From positions 96,001-160,000 of the forward strand of contig JBCCHT010000028.1 in assembly GCA_039028615.1 (NCBI GenBank): 64,000 bases of DNA, read 5' to 3'. Origin of the DNA: Myxococcota bacterium (lineage in GTDB: Bacteria > Myxococcota_A > Polyangia > Nannocystales > Nannocystaceae). The stretch's first letter is position 1, and the number at the start of each line of letters is the position of its first letter. This document shows, piece by piece, positions 41,572 to 54,985 of the stretch. Under the pieces are notes generated by a model. It saw nothing but the letters and a program-made list of their open reading frames with translations, made no database searches and was not told the origin of the DNA. The position numbers and the translations under genes are program-made.

Positions 41572-42291
41572 ATGGTTCGCGCTACCTCCCAAGACTCTGC
41601 TGCTCGCGACGAGAAACGCGCTCTTTGGTATCTGCGCAAGATTCCGCTGCTGGAAGGCGTTCCTGCCGAGAAACTTGCCGAACTCGCCACCGCCGTCGAG
41701 CTCCGAGAAATCCCCCGCCGCCAGGTGATCTATCTGCCAGGCGACCCAGGGGATCGAGTGTTCTTCATCAACGGCGGCCGCGTCAAATGCAGCAAGGTCA
41801 CCCGCGACGGCAAAGAACTCACCTTGGCCTACCGCGGCGCCGGGCACATCTTCGGCGAGCTATGCGTCATGGACGGAACGCCTCGCGACGAGATGGCCGA
41901 GGCGATGAAGAACGCCATTATCACCGAGCTACCGCGCGAGATCTTCCAAGAGCTGCTGCTATCGGATGCCAAGCTCGCATTCGCGTTCGCGTGCATCGTG
42001 GGTGATCGCCGCCGCCAGATCGAGACGAAGCTCGAGCACCTGGTGTTCCGCGACGTACAGGCCAAGCTCGCATCGCTGCTGCTCGAGCTCGGCGAAGAGT
42101 ACGGCGTCGAGCACGAAGACGGCCTGCAGATCGGCCTGAAGATCACCCACCAGGAGATGGCCAACCTGATCGGCTCCACCCGCGAGACGATTTCGTTGAC
42201 CCTCGCTCAGTTCAAGAAGAAGAGCCTGCTCGATCTCAACGGGCGCACGGTCATCCTCAAGGACCAGAGCGGGTTGTCGGCCCTGACCTGA
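41572..42291 (+). CDS. CRP/FNR-family transcriptional regulator
   Basis: cNMP-binding domain (IYLPGD, FGE, PR) and HTH ITHQEMANLIGSTRETIS. Confidence 0.93.
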   Translation: MVRATSQDSAARDEKRALWYLRKIPLLEGVPAEKLAELATAVELREIPRRQVIYLPGDPGDRVFFINGGRVKCSKVTRDGKELTLAYRGAGHIFGELCVMDGTPRDEMAEAMKNAIITELPREIFQELLLSDAKLAFAFACIVGDRRRQIETKLEHLVFRDVQAKLASLLLELGEEYGVEHEDGLQIGLKITHQEMANLIGSTRETISLTLAQFKKKSLLDLNGRTVILKDQSGLSALT

Positions 42292-42340
42292 TCGCGGCCA
42301 CCACCGCGGCGGCCCGGCATATCGGGTCCGCAACGCATCG

Positions 42341-42372
42341 AGGGGATGAAGGACGTGATGCCTTCATCCCCT
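42341..42372. terminator. 12-bp stem hairpin between the convergent regulator and uvrA
   Basis: AGGGGATGAAGG-ACGTGATG-CCTTCATCCCCT. Confidence 0.6.
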
Positions 42373-42396
42373 TCGTGCGTCGGGCCGCCGACAGGA

Positions 42397-45506
<3,110 letters not shown>

Positions 45507-45510
<4 letters not shown>

Positions 45511-46445
45511 GGGGTGCCCCCGCGAGCGATCGCGATGGCCTGCTCCATGCTCGAGCAATCGGCGATGCCCTGCCCGGCAATGTCGAGCGCAGTGCCGTGA
45601 TCGGGCGAGGTCCGCACGAAGGGCAGGCCCAAGGTCATGTTCACGCCGTCGGTGAAGTGCACCAGCTTGAAGGGACCGAGCCCTTGGTCGTGATACATCG
45701 CGAGCACCGCGTCGTAGCGACCCCGATAGTGCGCGGGCAAGGCCGTGTCGGCCGGCACCGGGCCAAACACCTCGGCGAACTCGCAGGCCTCGGCCAAGGC
45801 CCGCACCGCCGGCTCGATGATCGTGGAGTCCTCGTCGCCGAGCAGTCCCCGCTCGCCCGCATGGGGATTGAGCCCGGCCACGGCCAGCCGCGGTCGCGCA
45901 AAGCCGAAGCGATCGCGCAGCGCCGTCGCGAGCAGCACGCCCGCGCGAACGATGCCCTCGGTGCTGAGCACCCGCGGCACCTCCCGTAGCGGCACGTGAA
46001 TGGTGACCGGAACCACGCGCATCTTGGGGCCCACCATGAGCATGGCGACGTCGACGTTCCCGGCCCGGTGAGCGAGATACTCGGTGTGCCCCGGGAAATC
46101 GAAGCCGGCGTCGTTGCACGCTCGCTTGTCGATGGGCGCGGTGACCAGCGCACGGCCGGGCTGCTCGAGCACCAGGTCCACGCCGCGGGCCAACGCCGCG
46201 ACCTGAGCCGCTCCCGGCTCGCGCTCCTGCACGGGCACGAGTCGCTCGCGAACTCGCGCCCAACCCGCCGCGGCCCACGGCTCGGGTAGACGCTCGGCCC
46301 ACTGCTCCATGTGATGTGGAGTCGCAACGACGACGTCGTTGGGTTGGAGCAGCCCCTCGGCGGCGAGCCGCAGGATGAGCTCGGGTCCGATCCCTCGCGG
46401 ATCCCCTTGCGTGAGCACCAGTGCCGTATCTGCGCTTGGTTCCAT
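45507..46445 (-). CDS. pdxA: 4-hydroxythreonine-4-phosphate dehydrogenase
   Basis: GDPRGIGPE, TAPIDK, GHTEYL, GLNPHAGE, MYHDQG, RTSPDHGTA. Confidence 0.96.
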
Positions 46446-46483
46446 GGCGTGACGGGGGCGAGCATCCTACCATTGGCCTCGTC

Positions 46484-47641
46484 GTGCGAACCGGCCCCAG
46501 CGCGCCCGCCAACGTCCGTTCCCGCGTCATCTCGTGGTGGCGCGCCGCGGCGCTCGTCTCGATGGTAGGCGCCACCGCGGGTTGGGCACCGACCGAGCCC
46601 GCCGCGCCCGCGTCGTCGCGACCCAATCGCATCAACGTGCGCAACCAGATGCCGCCGCCGCGCGGGGCCACGCCCGCCGCCGACGCCAGCGCCATGCCCA
46701 GCATGCGGACGCCTCCGGTCGTGAGCACCGGATCACGAAGGCCCGGTGCCAAGCCGCGACCGACCACGAAGAACCTCGTCGGGTTCAGCCGCTCGCTGTG
46801 GTCTCCGCCCGTGGTCGATCGTCGGCGTCGCCATGCTCGGACCAAGCGCCCCTCCGACTTCGGCTCGACCCTGCGGATAGGAGAGCGCTTCCGCTTCGAC
46901 GTGTCGTTCGCCGGCAACCCGGCCGGCCTCGCCGAGGCCGAGGTCGTGGCCGTCGAGCCCGATCCGCGTGGGCCCGTCCCCGCGGGTGCCCCCATGGTCC
47001 GCATCGAGGGCCACGCCCGCACCAGCGGCGTCGTGTCACTGCTGGCCACGGTGACCGACGACATGGTCACCTACGTCGACGCCACCACGGGTGCGGCCAT
47101 CACCAGCCACAACGTGCTGCACTACTCGGGCATCGCCCCACGCAAGTACAAGCACCGCGACACCAAGCACGCCTACGAAGGGCGCGGCCAGGTTCGCATC
47201 GTCGACGCCAAAGACGACAAGATCAAAAAGAAGCTCGAGCGGGTGCCCAACGACACCTACGATCCGCTGTCGATCATGGCGTGGGTCCGCTCGCTTCGGC
47301 TCGAAAAGGGCGACAAGGCCAAGGCCCACGTCGTCGACGGGCTCACCCTCATGCGCGTGGAGATCGAGTCCTTCGGTCGTGACCGCCTCGATCCCATGCC
47401 GAGCATGGTGGCCGCGCTCGGCTTGGCGCCCGACGACGTCATCCGCATCGACGGCACCATCACGCGCGTCGATGAGCACGGCGCCGCAATTCCAGGCAAG
47501 AAGGCGTTCTCGATGCGGGCGTGGTTGTCCGCCGACGAGCGGCGGATCCCCTTGGTCATGGAGAGCGACCTGTGGGTCGGCGCGATCCGCCTGGTGCTGA
47601 GCGGCTACGACCCGCCAACCGCCCAAAACCCCTCGCCCTGA
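46484..47641 (+). CDS. DUF3108-like exported protein
   Basis: Signal-like segment, GERFRFDV, YDPLS, WLSADERRIPL..VGAIRLVL. Start uncertain. Confidence 0.72.
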   Translation: MRTGPSAPANVRSRVISWWRAAALVSMVGATAGWAPTEPAAPASSRPNRINVRNQMPPPRGATPAADASAMPSMRTPPVVSTGSRRPGAKPRPTTKNLVGFSRSLWSPPVVDRRRRHARTKRPSDFGSTLRIGERFRFDVSFAGNPAGLAEAEVVAVEPDPRGPVPAGAPMVRIEGHARTSGVVSLLATVTDDMVTYVDATTGAAITSHNVLHYSGIAPRKYKHRDTKHAYEGRGQVRIVDAKDDKIKKKLERVPNDTYDPLSIMAWVRSLRLEKGDKAKAHVVDGLTLMRVEIESFGRDRLDPMPSMVAALGLAPDDVIRIDGTITRVDEHGAAIPGKKAFSMRAWLSADERRIPLVMESDLWVGAIRLVLSGYDPPTAQNPSP

Positions 47642-47870
47642 CAAAACCTTCCTCGAAGTCGGCCCCGCGACCGCCCTTTCCCCCGCACAGAGCCGCCCAT
47701 CCGGCCTGCCCGCGAGATCGCGCCGATCGCTCGAACAGTGCTCCCGCTCATTTTTCGGGCGAATGCCGCCGTTTTGGGCTCCTGGCCAAGAGCCGACCAG
47801 GGTACAATCCGCAGCGATCGCTGGTTGGCGCGCCCAATTCGCCACCGGCTCCCCCAGGTCGAATTTCAAG

Positions 47871-49217
47871 ATGACGGAGCGCTACCGCCCACTGTTCAAG
47901 CTCGACGCCGGAGGCATGGCCGAGGTCTATGTCGCCGAAGCCGAGTCCATGGCGGGCTTCAAGAAGAAGGTCGCCATCAAGCGAATTCTTCCCAACCTCC
48001 TCAAGGACGAGCGCTTCGTTCGCATGTTCTTGGACGAGGCACGGCTCTCGCTCCATCTCAACCACGCCAACATCGTCAACGTCTTCGACATCGGGAAGAG
48101 CTCGTCGACGTATTTCATCGTCATGGAGTACGTCGAGGGGGTCAACCTCAAGGCGATCCTCCAAGATTTCGCCCGTCGGCGCATCTCGGTCCCCGTCCAG
48201 CTGACGGTCTGGATCCTCAACGAGATCCTCAAGGGCCTCGACTACGCCCACCGCCTCACCGACAACGACACCGGCGAGGTCCTCGGCATCGTCCACCGCG
48301 ACATCTCCCCGCCCAACATCTTGGTGTCGTGGAACGGCGAGGTGAAGCTGACCGACTTCGGTCTGGCCAAGGCCTCGACCCAGCTCGAGTCCACCGATCC
48401 CGGCGTGGTCAAGGGCAAGTTCTCGTACCTGTCCCCCGAGGCTGCGAGCGGACTCGAGGTCGATGCCCGCGCGGACATCTTCGCCGTCGGCATCCTCGCC
48501 TACGAGATGCTCACCGGGCGGCGGCTATTCCTGGGTGAGTCCGACTACCAGACGGTGCAGCTGGTGCGTGCGGCCGAGGTCCCGCCCATCTCCGAGCAGA
48601 ACCCCGACGTCGCCCCCGAGCTCGAGCGAATCATTCGCAAGTCGCTCGCTCGCGAGTCCAACGACCGCTACCAGACCGCCAACGATTTCGCCGACGACCT
48701 GCTCGCGTTCCTGTTCTCGCGCAGCCTCAAGGTCTCCGCCCGCGACGTCTCGCATGTCATCGGTGACCTGCGCAAGAAGACCAAGCCCAAGCAGGAGCCC
48801 AAGGCCAACGACTCGAACCTCATCCTCAAGCTCATCGAGGACGAGTTCGCCGACATCCGCTCGCTCGACGACGACGAAGAAGGGCCGCCCACCGGCTCGA
48901 TGCCCCTGACCTCGCTGTCGGGCTATGACCCCTCGGCCCCGCTCGCGCTCGACGACTTCGGCGCGGGCGACGTCTCCCCTGCGCCCACGAGCCCGCGGGA
49001 GTCCGAGCCGACCCCCGTGCCCGCGCCCGGCTCCGCGCCGATGCACATGGATGGCGACGAGGATGCACCCGTGCCTCGCCCCACCGCGCACTCGGGCGGC
49101 ATGAAGAGCCCGGCTCCCCGCTCCGGCGGAGGCATGGGCATGTGGGTCGTGCTGTTGCTGCTGCTCGCCGCGGGCGGCGGCGGTGCGTACTACTGGTTCG
49201 TCGTCCTCGGCAACTAG
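47871..49217 (+). CDS. Ser/Thr protein kinase with C-terminal membrane anchor
   Basis: AGGMAEV, VAIKR, HRDISPPN, DFG, GKFSYLSPE; C-terminal transmembrane segment. Confidence 0.94.
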   Translation: MTERYRPLFKLDAGGMAEVYVAEAESMAGFKKKVAIKRILPNLLKDERFVRMFLDEARLSLHLNHANIVNVFDIGKSSSTYFIVMEYVEGVNLKAILQDFARRRISVPVQLTVWILNEILKGLDYAHRLTDNDTGEVLGIVHRDISPPNILVSWNGEVKLTDFGLAKASTQLESTDPGVVKGKFSYLSPEAASGLEVDARADIFAVGILAYEMLTGRRLFLGESDYQTVQLVRAAEVPPISEQNPDVAPELERIIRKSLARESNDRYQTANDFADDLLAFLFSRSLKVSARDVSHVIGDLRKKTKPKQEPKANDSNLILKLIEDEFADIRSLDDDEEGPPTGSMPLTSLSGYDPSAPLALDDFGAGDVSPAPTSPRESEPTPVPAPGSAPMHMDGDEDAPVPRPTAHSGGMKSPAPRSGGGMGMWVVLLLLLAAGGGGAYYWFVVLGN

Positions 49218-49762
49218 GCCTCGCTCGCCGAGCCGACGACCTCTGCCACGTCGCCGGGGGCAACGGCGCCCGGCTGTACGACGCGGGCGTTGATGCCTCG
49301 CAGGCGTCGAGCGGCGTGGTCGTCGTGGTTGATCCAGCGCAGGGCGTCCTCGCCGAAGCGGGTCTTGAACTTCAGGCAGCCGGTGTGGGGCTTGGCGGTG
49401 ACCTCGACCACCGCCTCCCCCACGCGAATGCGGGTGCCAGGGGGCGCCGTGGCCACGTCGAGGTCGAGGTCGACCAGCAGGTTGTCGCCCGGCATGTGCA
49501 GCGGCTGGTCGTCGACCACCAGCTCGGCCGACCGCACGTCCATCAGGGTGAGCTGGCGTTCGATGCTGGGCTTCGAGCCGTCGATCCAGCGATCGCCGAC
49601 CAAGCCTTGCTCCACCGTCAGTTGACCCTTCGCCAGCACCTCGTGCTCGCCCTTGCCGAGTCGGGCGACGACCAGTCGCACCGTGCCCCGCCTTCCGGTC
49701 CGCGGCGGCAGAGCCTGCCACCCGCGCTCGAGTTCGTCGAAGCTCCTCACGCCTCGGACCAT
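49214..49762 (-). CDS. MOSC-domain protein
   Basis: GLVGDRW, PGDNL, PHTGCLKF, LRGINARV; shares CTAG with the kinase stop. Confidence 0.85.
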   Translation of the reverse strand: MVRGVRSFDELERGWQALPPRTGRRGTVRLVVARLGKGEHEVLAKGQLTVEQGLVGDRWIDGSKPSIERQLTLMDVRSAELVVDDQPLHMPGDNLLVDLDLDVATAPPGTRIRVGEAVVEVTAKPHTGCLKFKTRFGEDALRWINHDDHAARRLRGINARVVQPGAVAPGDVAEVVGSASEA

Positions 49763-49841
49763 AGCCGAGCCTCGCCGGCCGGTCATGCGACACCGAGATG
49801 CCTCGCCGCGGCGCGAGGGGCCGAGTAGACTCTCGCGTCTG

Positions 49842-51119
49842 ATGAAGCCTCGCCCGTGGTTCTTGGTGCTGCTGTGGCTCGGCCTGTGGCTGTGGCCGGG
49901 CATCGGTCATGGTGCTTCCGCCACCCCCGGCGCCGAGGCCTCCGCCTCCTCCCTGCGCGTCGATCTCGTGACCGTCGGCCGCGGCACGGGCCTGTTCACC
50001 CGCGGAGGCCATACCGCGCTGGCGATCACCGAGACGCGCCCCGACGGGCGCGTCGTGGAGACCGTCTACAACTACGGCGACACCAACTTCGAAGACCCCC
50101 TGCTCGCGTGGCACTTCGTGGCGGGTGACATGGATTTTTTCGTGTCGGTGGCCGGTGATCTGTACGACGTCGCGGAACGATACGGGCTGCTTCAGGATCG
50201 CGACGTCGTCAAGCAACGGCTGGCGCTTTCGCAGGCGCAGGCGAAGACGCTCAGCGACATGCTGGAGCTCGAGATTCAGCCGGACAATCGCACGTATCGG
50301 TTCCACCACCTCGAGCACCTGTGCAGCACCGAGATCCGCGACCGCCTCGACACGCTCGTGGGAGGCGAGATCCAGCGGCAGCTCGCGGACACCGATCCCT
50401 GGACGGTCCGCGACATTCAGCACCACACCTTCAACGCGCACCCCGGCGGCACCTTGATCGGCGACCTGTTCTACGGACGGCGTCACGACCTGCCTATCGA
50501 TCGCTACTACGCGCTGCTCATGCCCGAGCGCATGCGCGACGACCTGCAGACGGTCATGGTGCCCGACCCCGACGGTGGGGATGGCCTGGTGCCCTTCGCG
50601 GGCGAGCCCGAGGTCCTCGCCGCCCGTGGGGCTCCGCCCTGGTCCGACGATCAGAGCTCCGAGACCTGGGTCATCGCCATCGCATTGGCCGGGGTCGGCA
50701 TCGTGGGCGGGTTCGTGCTGGCGCGACGCGGCACCGACTCCCCCCGCTCGAGCGCCGCGTGGCTCGTCGCCTGGTCGTTGCCCATCGGGCTGGGTGGGCT
50801 GGGGCTCGTGCTCCTGCCGCTCGTCTCCAGCGTGCCCGAGCTGCACGACAACGAGCTCGTCGTCAGCTGGCTCGTCACCGATCTCGCGCTGGTCCCCGTG
50901 GCGGTTCGATGGTGGCGTAAGGGTGTGACCGCACCCGCGTGGGTGTGGCGCTATGCCCAGGTCCGGTTGGTGGTGGTGACCCTCGCCGTCGCCGCGCGAG
51001 CGGGGGGAGTGTTCATCCAGCAGCCGTGGATCCTGCCCGTCGCGAGCCTGGGATGCTCACTGGGGCTGTGGTGGTTCGTTCGAAACCTCCGCGCGACCGC
51101 CCCGGATGCTCACCCCTAG
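49842..51119 (+). CDS. DUF4105-domain membrane protein (Lnb-like lipoprotein N-acyltransferase candidate)
   Basis: Signal peptide, LVTVGRG, GHTAL, VYNYG, YRF..LCSTEIRD, followed by several C-terminal transmembrane helices. Confidence 0.72.
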   Translation: MKPRPWFLVLLWLGLWLWPGIGHGASATPGAEASASSLRVDLVTVGRGTGLFTRGGHTALAITETRPDGRVVETVYNYGDTNFEDPLLAWHFVAGDMDFFVSVAGDLYDVAERYGLLQDRDVVKQRLALSQAQAKTLSDMLELEIQPDNRTYRFHHLEHLCSTEIRDRLDTLVGGEIQRQLADTDPWTVRDIQHHTFNAHPGGTLIGDLFYGRRHDLPIDRYYALLMPERMRDDLQTVMVPDPDGGDGLVPFAGEPEVLAARGAPPWSDDQSSETWVIAIALAGVGIVGGFVLARRGTDSPRSSAAWLVAWSLPIGLGGLGLVLLPLVSSVPELHDNELVVSWLVTDLALVPVAVRWWRKGVTAPAWVWRYAQVRLVVVTLAVAARAGGVFIQQPWILPVASLGCSLGLWWFVRNLRATAPDAHP

Positions 51120-51275
51120 TCGTGGTGTTCCCCACGAAAGCCGGCACACAACGTTGTCCGGCTGACGCTCTCGACGAGCCGTTGCCGCGATCCCGCACCG
51201 GCCGCCACGAGGCCTCACATCGAGGCCCGCAAACGCAGATCAGTGCGCGATCATCCCCGTGCTACGGTCCGCGCC

Positions 51276-51995
51276 ATGCGAATCTTGCCCTTTGGTGGCT
51301 TTGTTGCACTAACTCTCCTCGTTGGCTGTGGTGACGACTCCAGCGGTGACACCGGTGCCGGCAGCACCAGCACGACCGACGCGGTGACCAGCTCCAGCGG
51401 CGGCGCCGCGGAGAGCTCCACCGGCTCGGCCGAGGGCGAATCGACCGCGGCCGACTCGACCGGCAGCGCCGACAGCAGCGGCGGCACAGACTCCACGGGC
51501 GAAGGCGCCGAGAGCTCGTCGGGCGTGATGGTCGACTTCGGCATGAGCAGCCCCGCGTTCGAGCCCGACGGTCCCTTCCCCGGCACCATGCACGTCGCTG
51601 GCGGCAACATGAGCCCCCAGCTCGACTGGGAGGGCGCCCCCGCCGACACGCAGAGCTTTGGCATCTTCTTCCACGACGAGACCATCTCGTTCAACCACTC
51701 GGCGATCTGGAACATCCCGGGCGACGCCGAGGGTGTGCCCGGGAACATCGAGCTCGAGGCCATGCCCGCCAGCGTCGCCGGGGCCGTGCAGTGCCAGAGC
51801 TGGATCGATGAGTTCGGCTACGGCGGCCCCGGCTCGCCCGCCAACTTCTACGTGTTCACGCTCTACGCCCTCGACATCGACGACCTGAGCGGCGAGATCG
51901 ACCAGAACTCCTCGCTCGGCCAGGTGCGCACCGCCCTCGAGAACCACGCGATCGAGTCGGTCACGCTGCGCGGCCAGTCCGCTGGCCCCGGCTGA
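51276..51995 (+). CDS. YbhB/YbcL (PEBP/Raf kinase inhibitor-like) lipoprotein
   Basis: LVGC-GDDSS lipobox, SSPAF, SPQLDW, WNIP, YGGP, YVFTLYALD. Confidence 0.85.
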   Translation: MRILPFGGFVALTLLVGCGDDSSGDTGAGSTSTTDAVTSSSGGAAESSTGSAEGESTAADSTGSADSSGGTDSTGEGAESSSGVMVDFGMSSPAFEPDGPFPGTMHVAGGNMSPQLDWEGAPADTQSFGIFFHDETISFNHSAIWNIPGDAEGVPGNIELEAMPASVAGAVQCQSWIDEFGYGGPGSPANFYVFTLYALDIDDLSGEIDQNSSLGQVRTALENHAIESVTLRGQSAGPG

Positions 51996-52015
51996 TCCTC
52001 TTCGTCGAACCCCAT

Positions 52016-52054
52016 AAAAAAAGAGCCGCTCCGAAGCATCGGAGCGGCTCTTTT
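52016..52054. terminator. Bidirectional intrinsic terminator
   Basis: A-run + GAGCCGCTCCGA-AGCA-TCGGAGCGGCTC + TTTT, between convergent genes. Confidence 0.9.
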
Positions 52055-52076
52055 CGTGGTGCCTACCGGGCGCGGG

Positions 52077-54968
52077 CTAGATGCACGCGCCGACCAGCGG
52101 ACCCACGCACGCGTTCACCTGAGACAGCGTCGTCGAGCCGAAGGAGCCCGAGGGGAACACTGCGTCGTTGATGGTGAAGTCGGCCAGCTCCACCCCATCC
52201 GAGTCACGGGTGATGGTGATGTCGCTCTGCGTCTGCGTGTAGTCGATGGTGATGGTGTAGGACTGCCCCTCGACCCAGCCATCGGCCAAGCTGTCGCCCG
52301 GCGCGGCGAGCAGCGTGGAGTTGGCGGTGTCGGCGGGGCAATAGAAGTCCGCCCCGCTCAGCGCGGCGAAGTTCGGCCCCTCGATGCGCTTGACCACCAC
52401 GCCCTCCGGCGTCGTGCACCCGAAGAAGCTCTGGGCGCCGTTCTTCCAGGCGAGCGAGTAGTAGTTCGACTCGTCCTGAGCACCCCAGATGAGGCCGACC
52501 CAGTCGTCGTCGCCCCCGTCGTTGGTGACCTCGACCGTGCCTTGGAGCTGCGTGTCCTCGAACACCACGTCCGAGCACAGGTGCAGGCCGAACTCGTTGT
52601 TGCCCAGCTCGCACGCCCGCGATCCGCCCATGTCGTACGTGATGGTCGCGGACGCTCCCGTACCGCTCGCGCCGTAGTTGGCGGTGAGCAACGTGCAGTT
52701 GTTCTGCAGATCGAAGGCCTCGGGCACGACCACCAGCGCGGTGTCCTGGGCCATGTTGAAGCCGTCGTCCACCGTCACCGTGTAGCTCTGGAAGCCGGCC
52801 GGCGACGCCTCGGTCACCGCCATGTTCGGAGCGGAGAGCGTGCCGTCGTCCGGCGTCCACGCGTAGGTGTAGGGGCCTCCGGTGCCGCCCGAGGCGGTGG
52901 CCTGCATCGTCACTGGACCAGCCACGAACTCGGAGCACGTCGGCGTGGTCTCGACCGAGAGCAGGTCGTTGCAGACCAGCGAACCGGCATCGCAGCCCGC
53001 CGACACGCAGTCCCCACCGATGAGGCAAGACTCGCCCGGATCGCAGGTCATGCCGCAGGCACCACCGCAGTCCAGATCCGTCTCATCGCCGTTTTGCAGG
53101 CCGTCATCGCACGCAGGCGGCTCGCACAGGTCGAGTTCGTTGCAGACCCCGGACTCACAGTCGAGCCCGTTGTCGCAGCCTTCGCCGTCCTCGCAGGGGT
53201 CACAGGTCGGGCCGCCGCAATCCACGTCCGTCTCGGCGCCGTTTTGCACGCCGTCGTCACAGGTCGGTGGCTCGCAGACGTTGCCCGCCGGGTCGCAGAC
53301 CTCGGACATACAGTCCATGCCCGCCATGCACATCTCGCCGTCGTTGCAGGGCTGGCAGTCGGGACCGCCACAGTCCACGTCCGTCTCCGCACCGTTTTGG
53401 ATCCCGTCGTCGCAGGTCGCCTCCTGGCACTCCTCGTCGAGGCAGACCATCGACTGACAATCGAAGATGGTGATGCAGGCCTCGCCCGTGTCGCAGGGGT
53501 CGCAGACCCCTCCGCCACAGTCGACGTCGGTCTCGAGCCCGTTCATGACCCCGTCGGTACACGACGGATCCTCGCAGACGCCGGCATTGCAGACCTCCGA
53601 CTCGCAGTCGGCGTCGTCGTTGCACATCTCGCCGCCATCGCAGGGCAGACAATCGGGGCCGCCGCAATCGACGTCCGTCTCGTTGCCGTTCATCAGACCG
53701 TCGTTGCAGGTCGGGTCCTCGCACTCGCCCGCCGCCGGATCGCAGGTCTCGGACATGCAGTCGCTGTCCATCTCGCAATCTTCACCGTTGTCGCAGCCGT
53801 CGCAGTCCGGGCCGCCACAGTCCACGTCCGTCTCCAGGCCGTTGAGCAGCCCGTCGTCGCAGGTGGCCGGCGTGCACACGCCTGGCACGGGCGGCATGCC
53901 CATGCAGATGCCCGACTCGCAATCGGTGGGCTCGAGGCAGATCTCGGCGTCTTCACAGGGCTGACACTCCGGCCCGCCGCAGTCTACGTCCGTCTCCAGG
54001 CCGTTGATTTCACCATCGGCGCAGGTGGGCGGCACGCAGTTGCCGTCGTCGCACTCGCTCGACATGCAGTCCGTGTCGACCTCGCAGAGGCCCGGCTCGT
54101 CGCACGCCGGGCAGTCGGGGCCGCCGCAGTCTACGTCCGTCTCGTTGCCGTTCGGCGTGCCGTCGGTGCACGACGGCTCGTCGCAGGTCCCCGCCGCGGC
54201 GTCACACACGAAGTGCACGCAATCGACATGGACCTCGCAGCCCTCGCCGGGCTCACAGGTCGACCCACAGCTGCCGCCGCAGTCCTGGTCGGTCTCGTCC
54301 CCGTTCTGCACGCCGTCGTCGCAGGTCGGCGGCTCACACATGCCGGTCTCGGCGTTGCAGACCTGCGACTCGCAGTCCTCGGGGCCATCGCAGTCGTCGG
54401 CGGGCGGGCACGGGTCACACGAGCCGCCGCAATCCACGTCGGTCTCGTCCCCGTTTTGTATCCCGTCGTCACACGAGGATCCGTCGCAGGTACCGTCGTC
54501 GTTGCACTGCCCAGACTGGCAGTCTTCGCCGTCCTGACACCCGTCTCCGTCCGGGCATGGTTCACACGAGCCGCCGCAGTCCACGTCGGTCTCGTCCCCG
54601 TTTTCGAACCCGTCGGTGCACGTCGGGTCGGTGCAGGTCATGCCGTCGCCGCACCACTCGGTCTGGCAGTCCTCGTTGCTCTCGCACCCCTGGCCGCTGC
54701 CGCACTGCTCGTCGCACGAGCCGCCGCAGTCCACGTCGGTCTCGTCCCCGTCTTGGACGCCGTTGGAGCAGCTGCCCCCGCCCCCGGAGGAGTCGGCCGC
54801 CGTATCGGCCGCGGTGGCGCCGTCGTCGTCCGTGCCCCCGCCCGTGACGACGGGGCACCCCGCATCCGCGGTCTGCAGCAGGCCGTCGTCGAAGCAGTTG
54901 TTGGCACAACCCGGCAAGAAGATCAGGCCGAAGGTCCCGGCCGCTATGGTCAATGTCTTGGTGTTCAT
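52077..54968 (-). CDS. Large lipoprotein: 12 Cys-rich ETDVDCGG repeats, an Ig/PKD-like module and a C-terminal thrombospondin TSP_C-like domain
   Basis: FLPGC lipobox; 12 CxDGxxNGxETDxDCGG units; ASGGTGGPYTYAW..YTVTVDD; DDDWVGLIWGAQDESNYYSLAWK, GWVEGQSY, DAVFPSGSFGSTTLSQ. Confidence 0.85.
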   Translation of the reverse strand: MNTKTLTIAAGTFGLIFLPGCANNCFDDGLLQTADAGCPVVTGGGTDDDGATAADTAADSSGGGGSCSNGVQDGDETDVDCGGSCDEQCGSGQGCESNEDCQTEWCGDGMTCTDPTCTDGFENGDETDVDCGGSCEPCPDGDGCQDGEDCQSGQCNDDGTCDGSSCDDGIQNGDETDVDCGGSCDPCPPADDCDGPEDCESQVCNAETGMCEPPTCDDGVQNGDETDQDCGGSCGSTCEPGEGCEVHVDCVHFVCDAAAGTCDEPSCTDGTPNGNETDVDCGGPDCPACDEPGLCEVDTDCMSSECDDGNCVPPTCADGEINGLETDVDCGGPECQPCEDAEICLEPTDCESGICMGMPPVPGVCTPATCDDGLLNGLETDVDCGGPDCDGCDNGEDCEMDSDCMSETCDPAAGECEDPTCNDGLMNGNETDVDCGGPDCLPCDGGEMCNDDADCESEVCNAGVCEDPSCTDGVMNGLETDVDCGGGVCDPCDTGEACITIFDCQSMVCLDEECQEATCDDGIQNGAETDVDCGGPDCQPCNDGEMCMAGMDCMSEVCDPAGNVCEPPTCDDGVQNGAETDVDCGGPTCDPCEDGEGCDNGLDCESGVCNELDLCEPPACDDGLQNGDETDLDCGGACGMTCDPGESCLIGGDCVSAGCDAGSLVCNDLLSVETTPTCSEFVAGPVTMQATASGGTGGPYTYAWTPDDGTLSAPNMAVTEASPAGFQSYTVTVDDGFNMAQDTALVVVPEAFDLQNNCTLLTANYGASGTGASATITYDMGGSRACELGNNEFGLHLCSDVVFEDTQLQGTVEVTNDGGDDDWVGLIWGAQDESNYYSLAWKNGAQSFFGCTTPEGVVVKRIEGPNFAALSGADFYCPADTANSTLLAAPGDSLADGWVEGQSYTITIDYTQTQSDITITRDSDGVELADFTINDAVFPSGSFGSTTLSQVNACVGPLVGACI
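52971..54770 (-). repeat. Twelve ~150-bp coding repeats (Cys-rich ETDVDCGG units)
   Basis: Recurrent GCCGCAGTCCACGTCGGTCTC-like block on the + strand. Confidence 0.9.
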
Positions 54969-54985
54969 CTCGTCCCCCCCAGTCC

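Noticed and set aside
41572..42291. Naming the regulator mrpC
   Set aside because: Only family-level similarity is visible, and there are no mrpAB neighbours.
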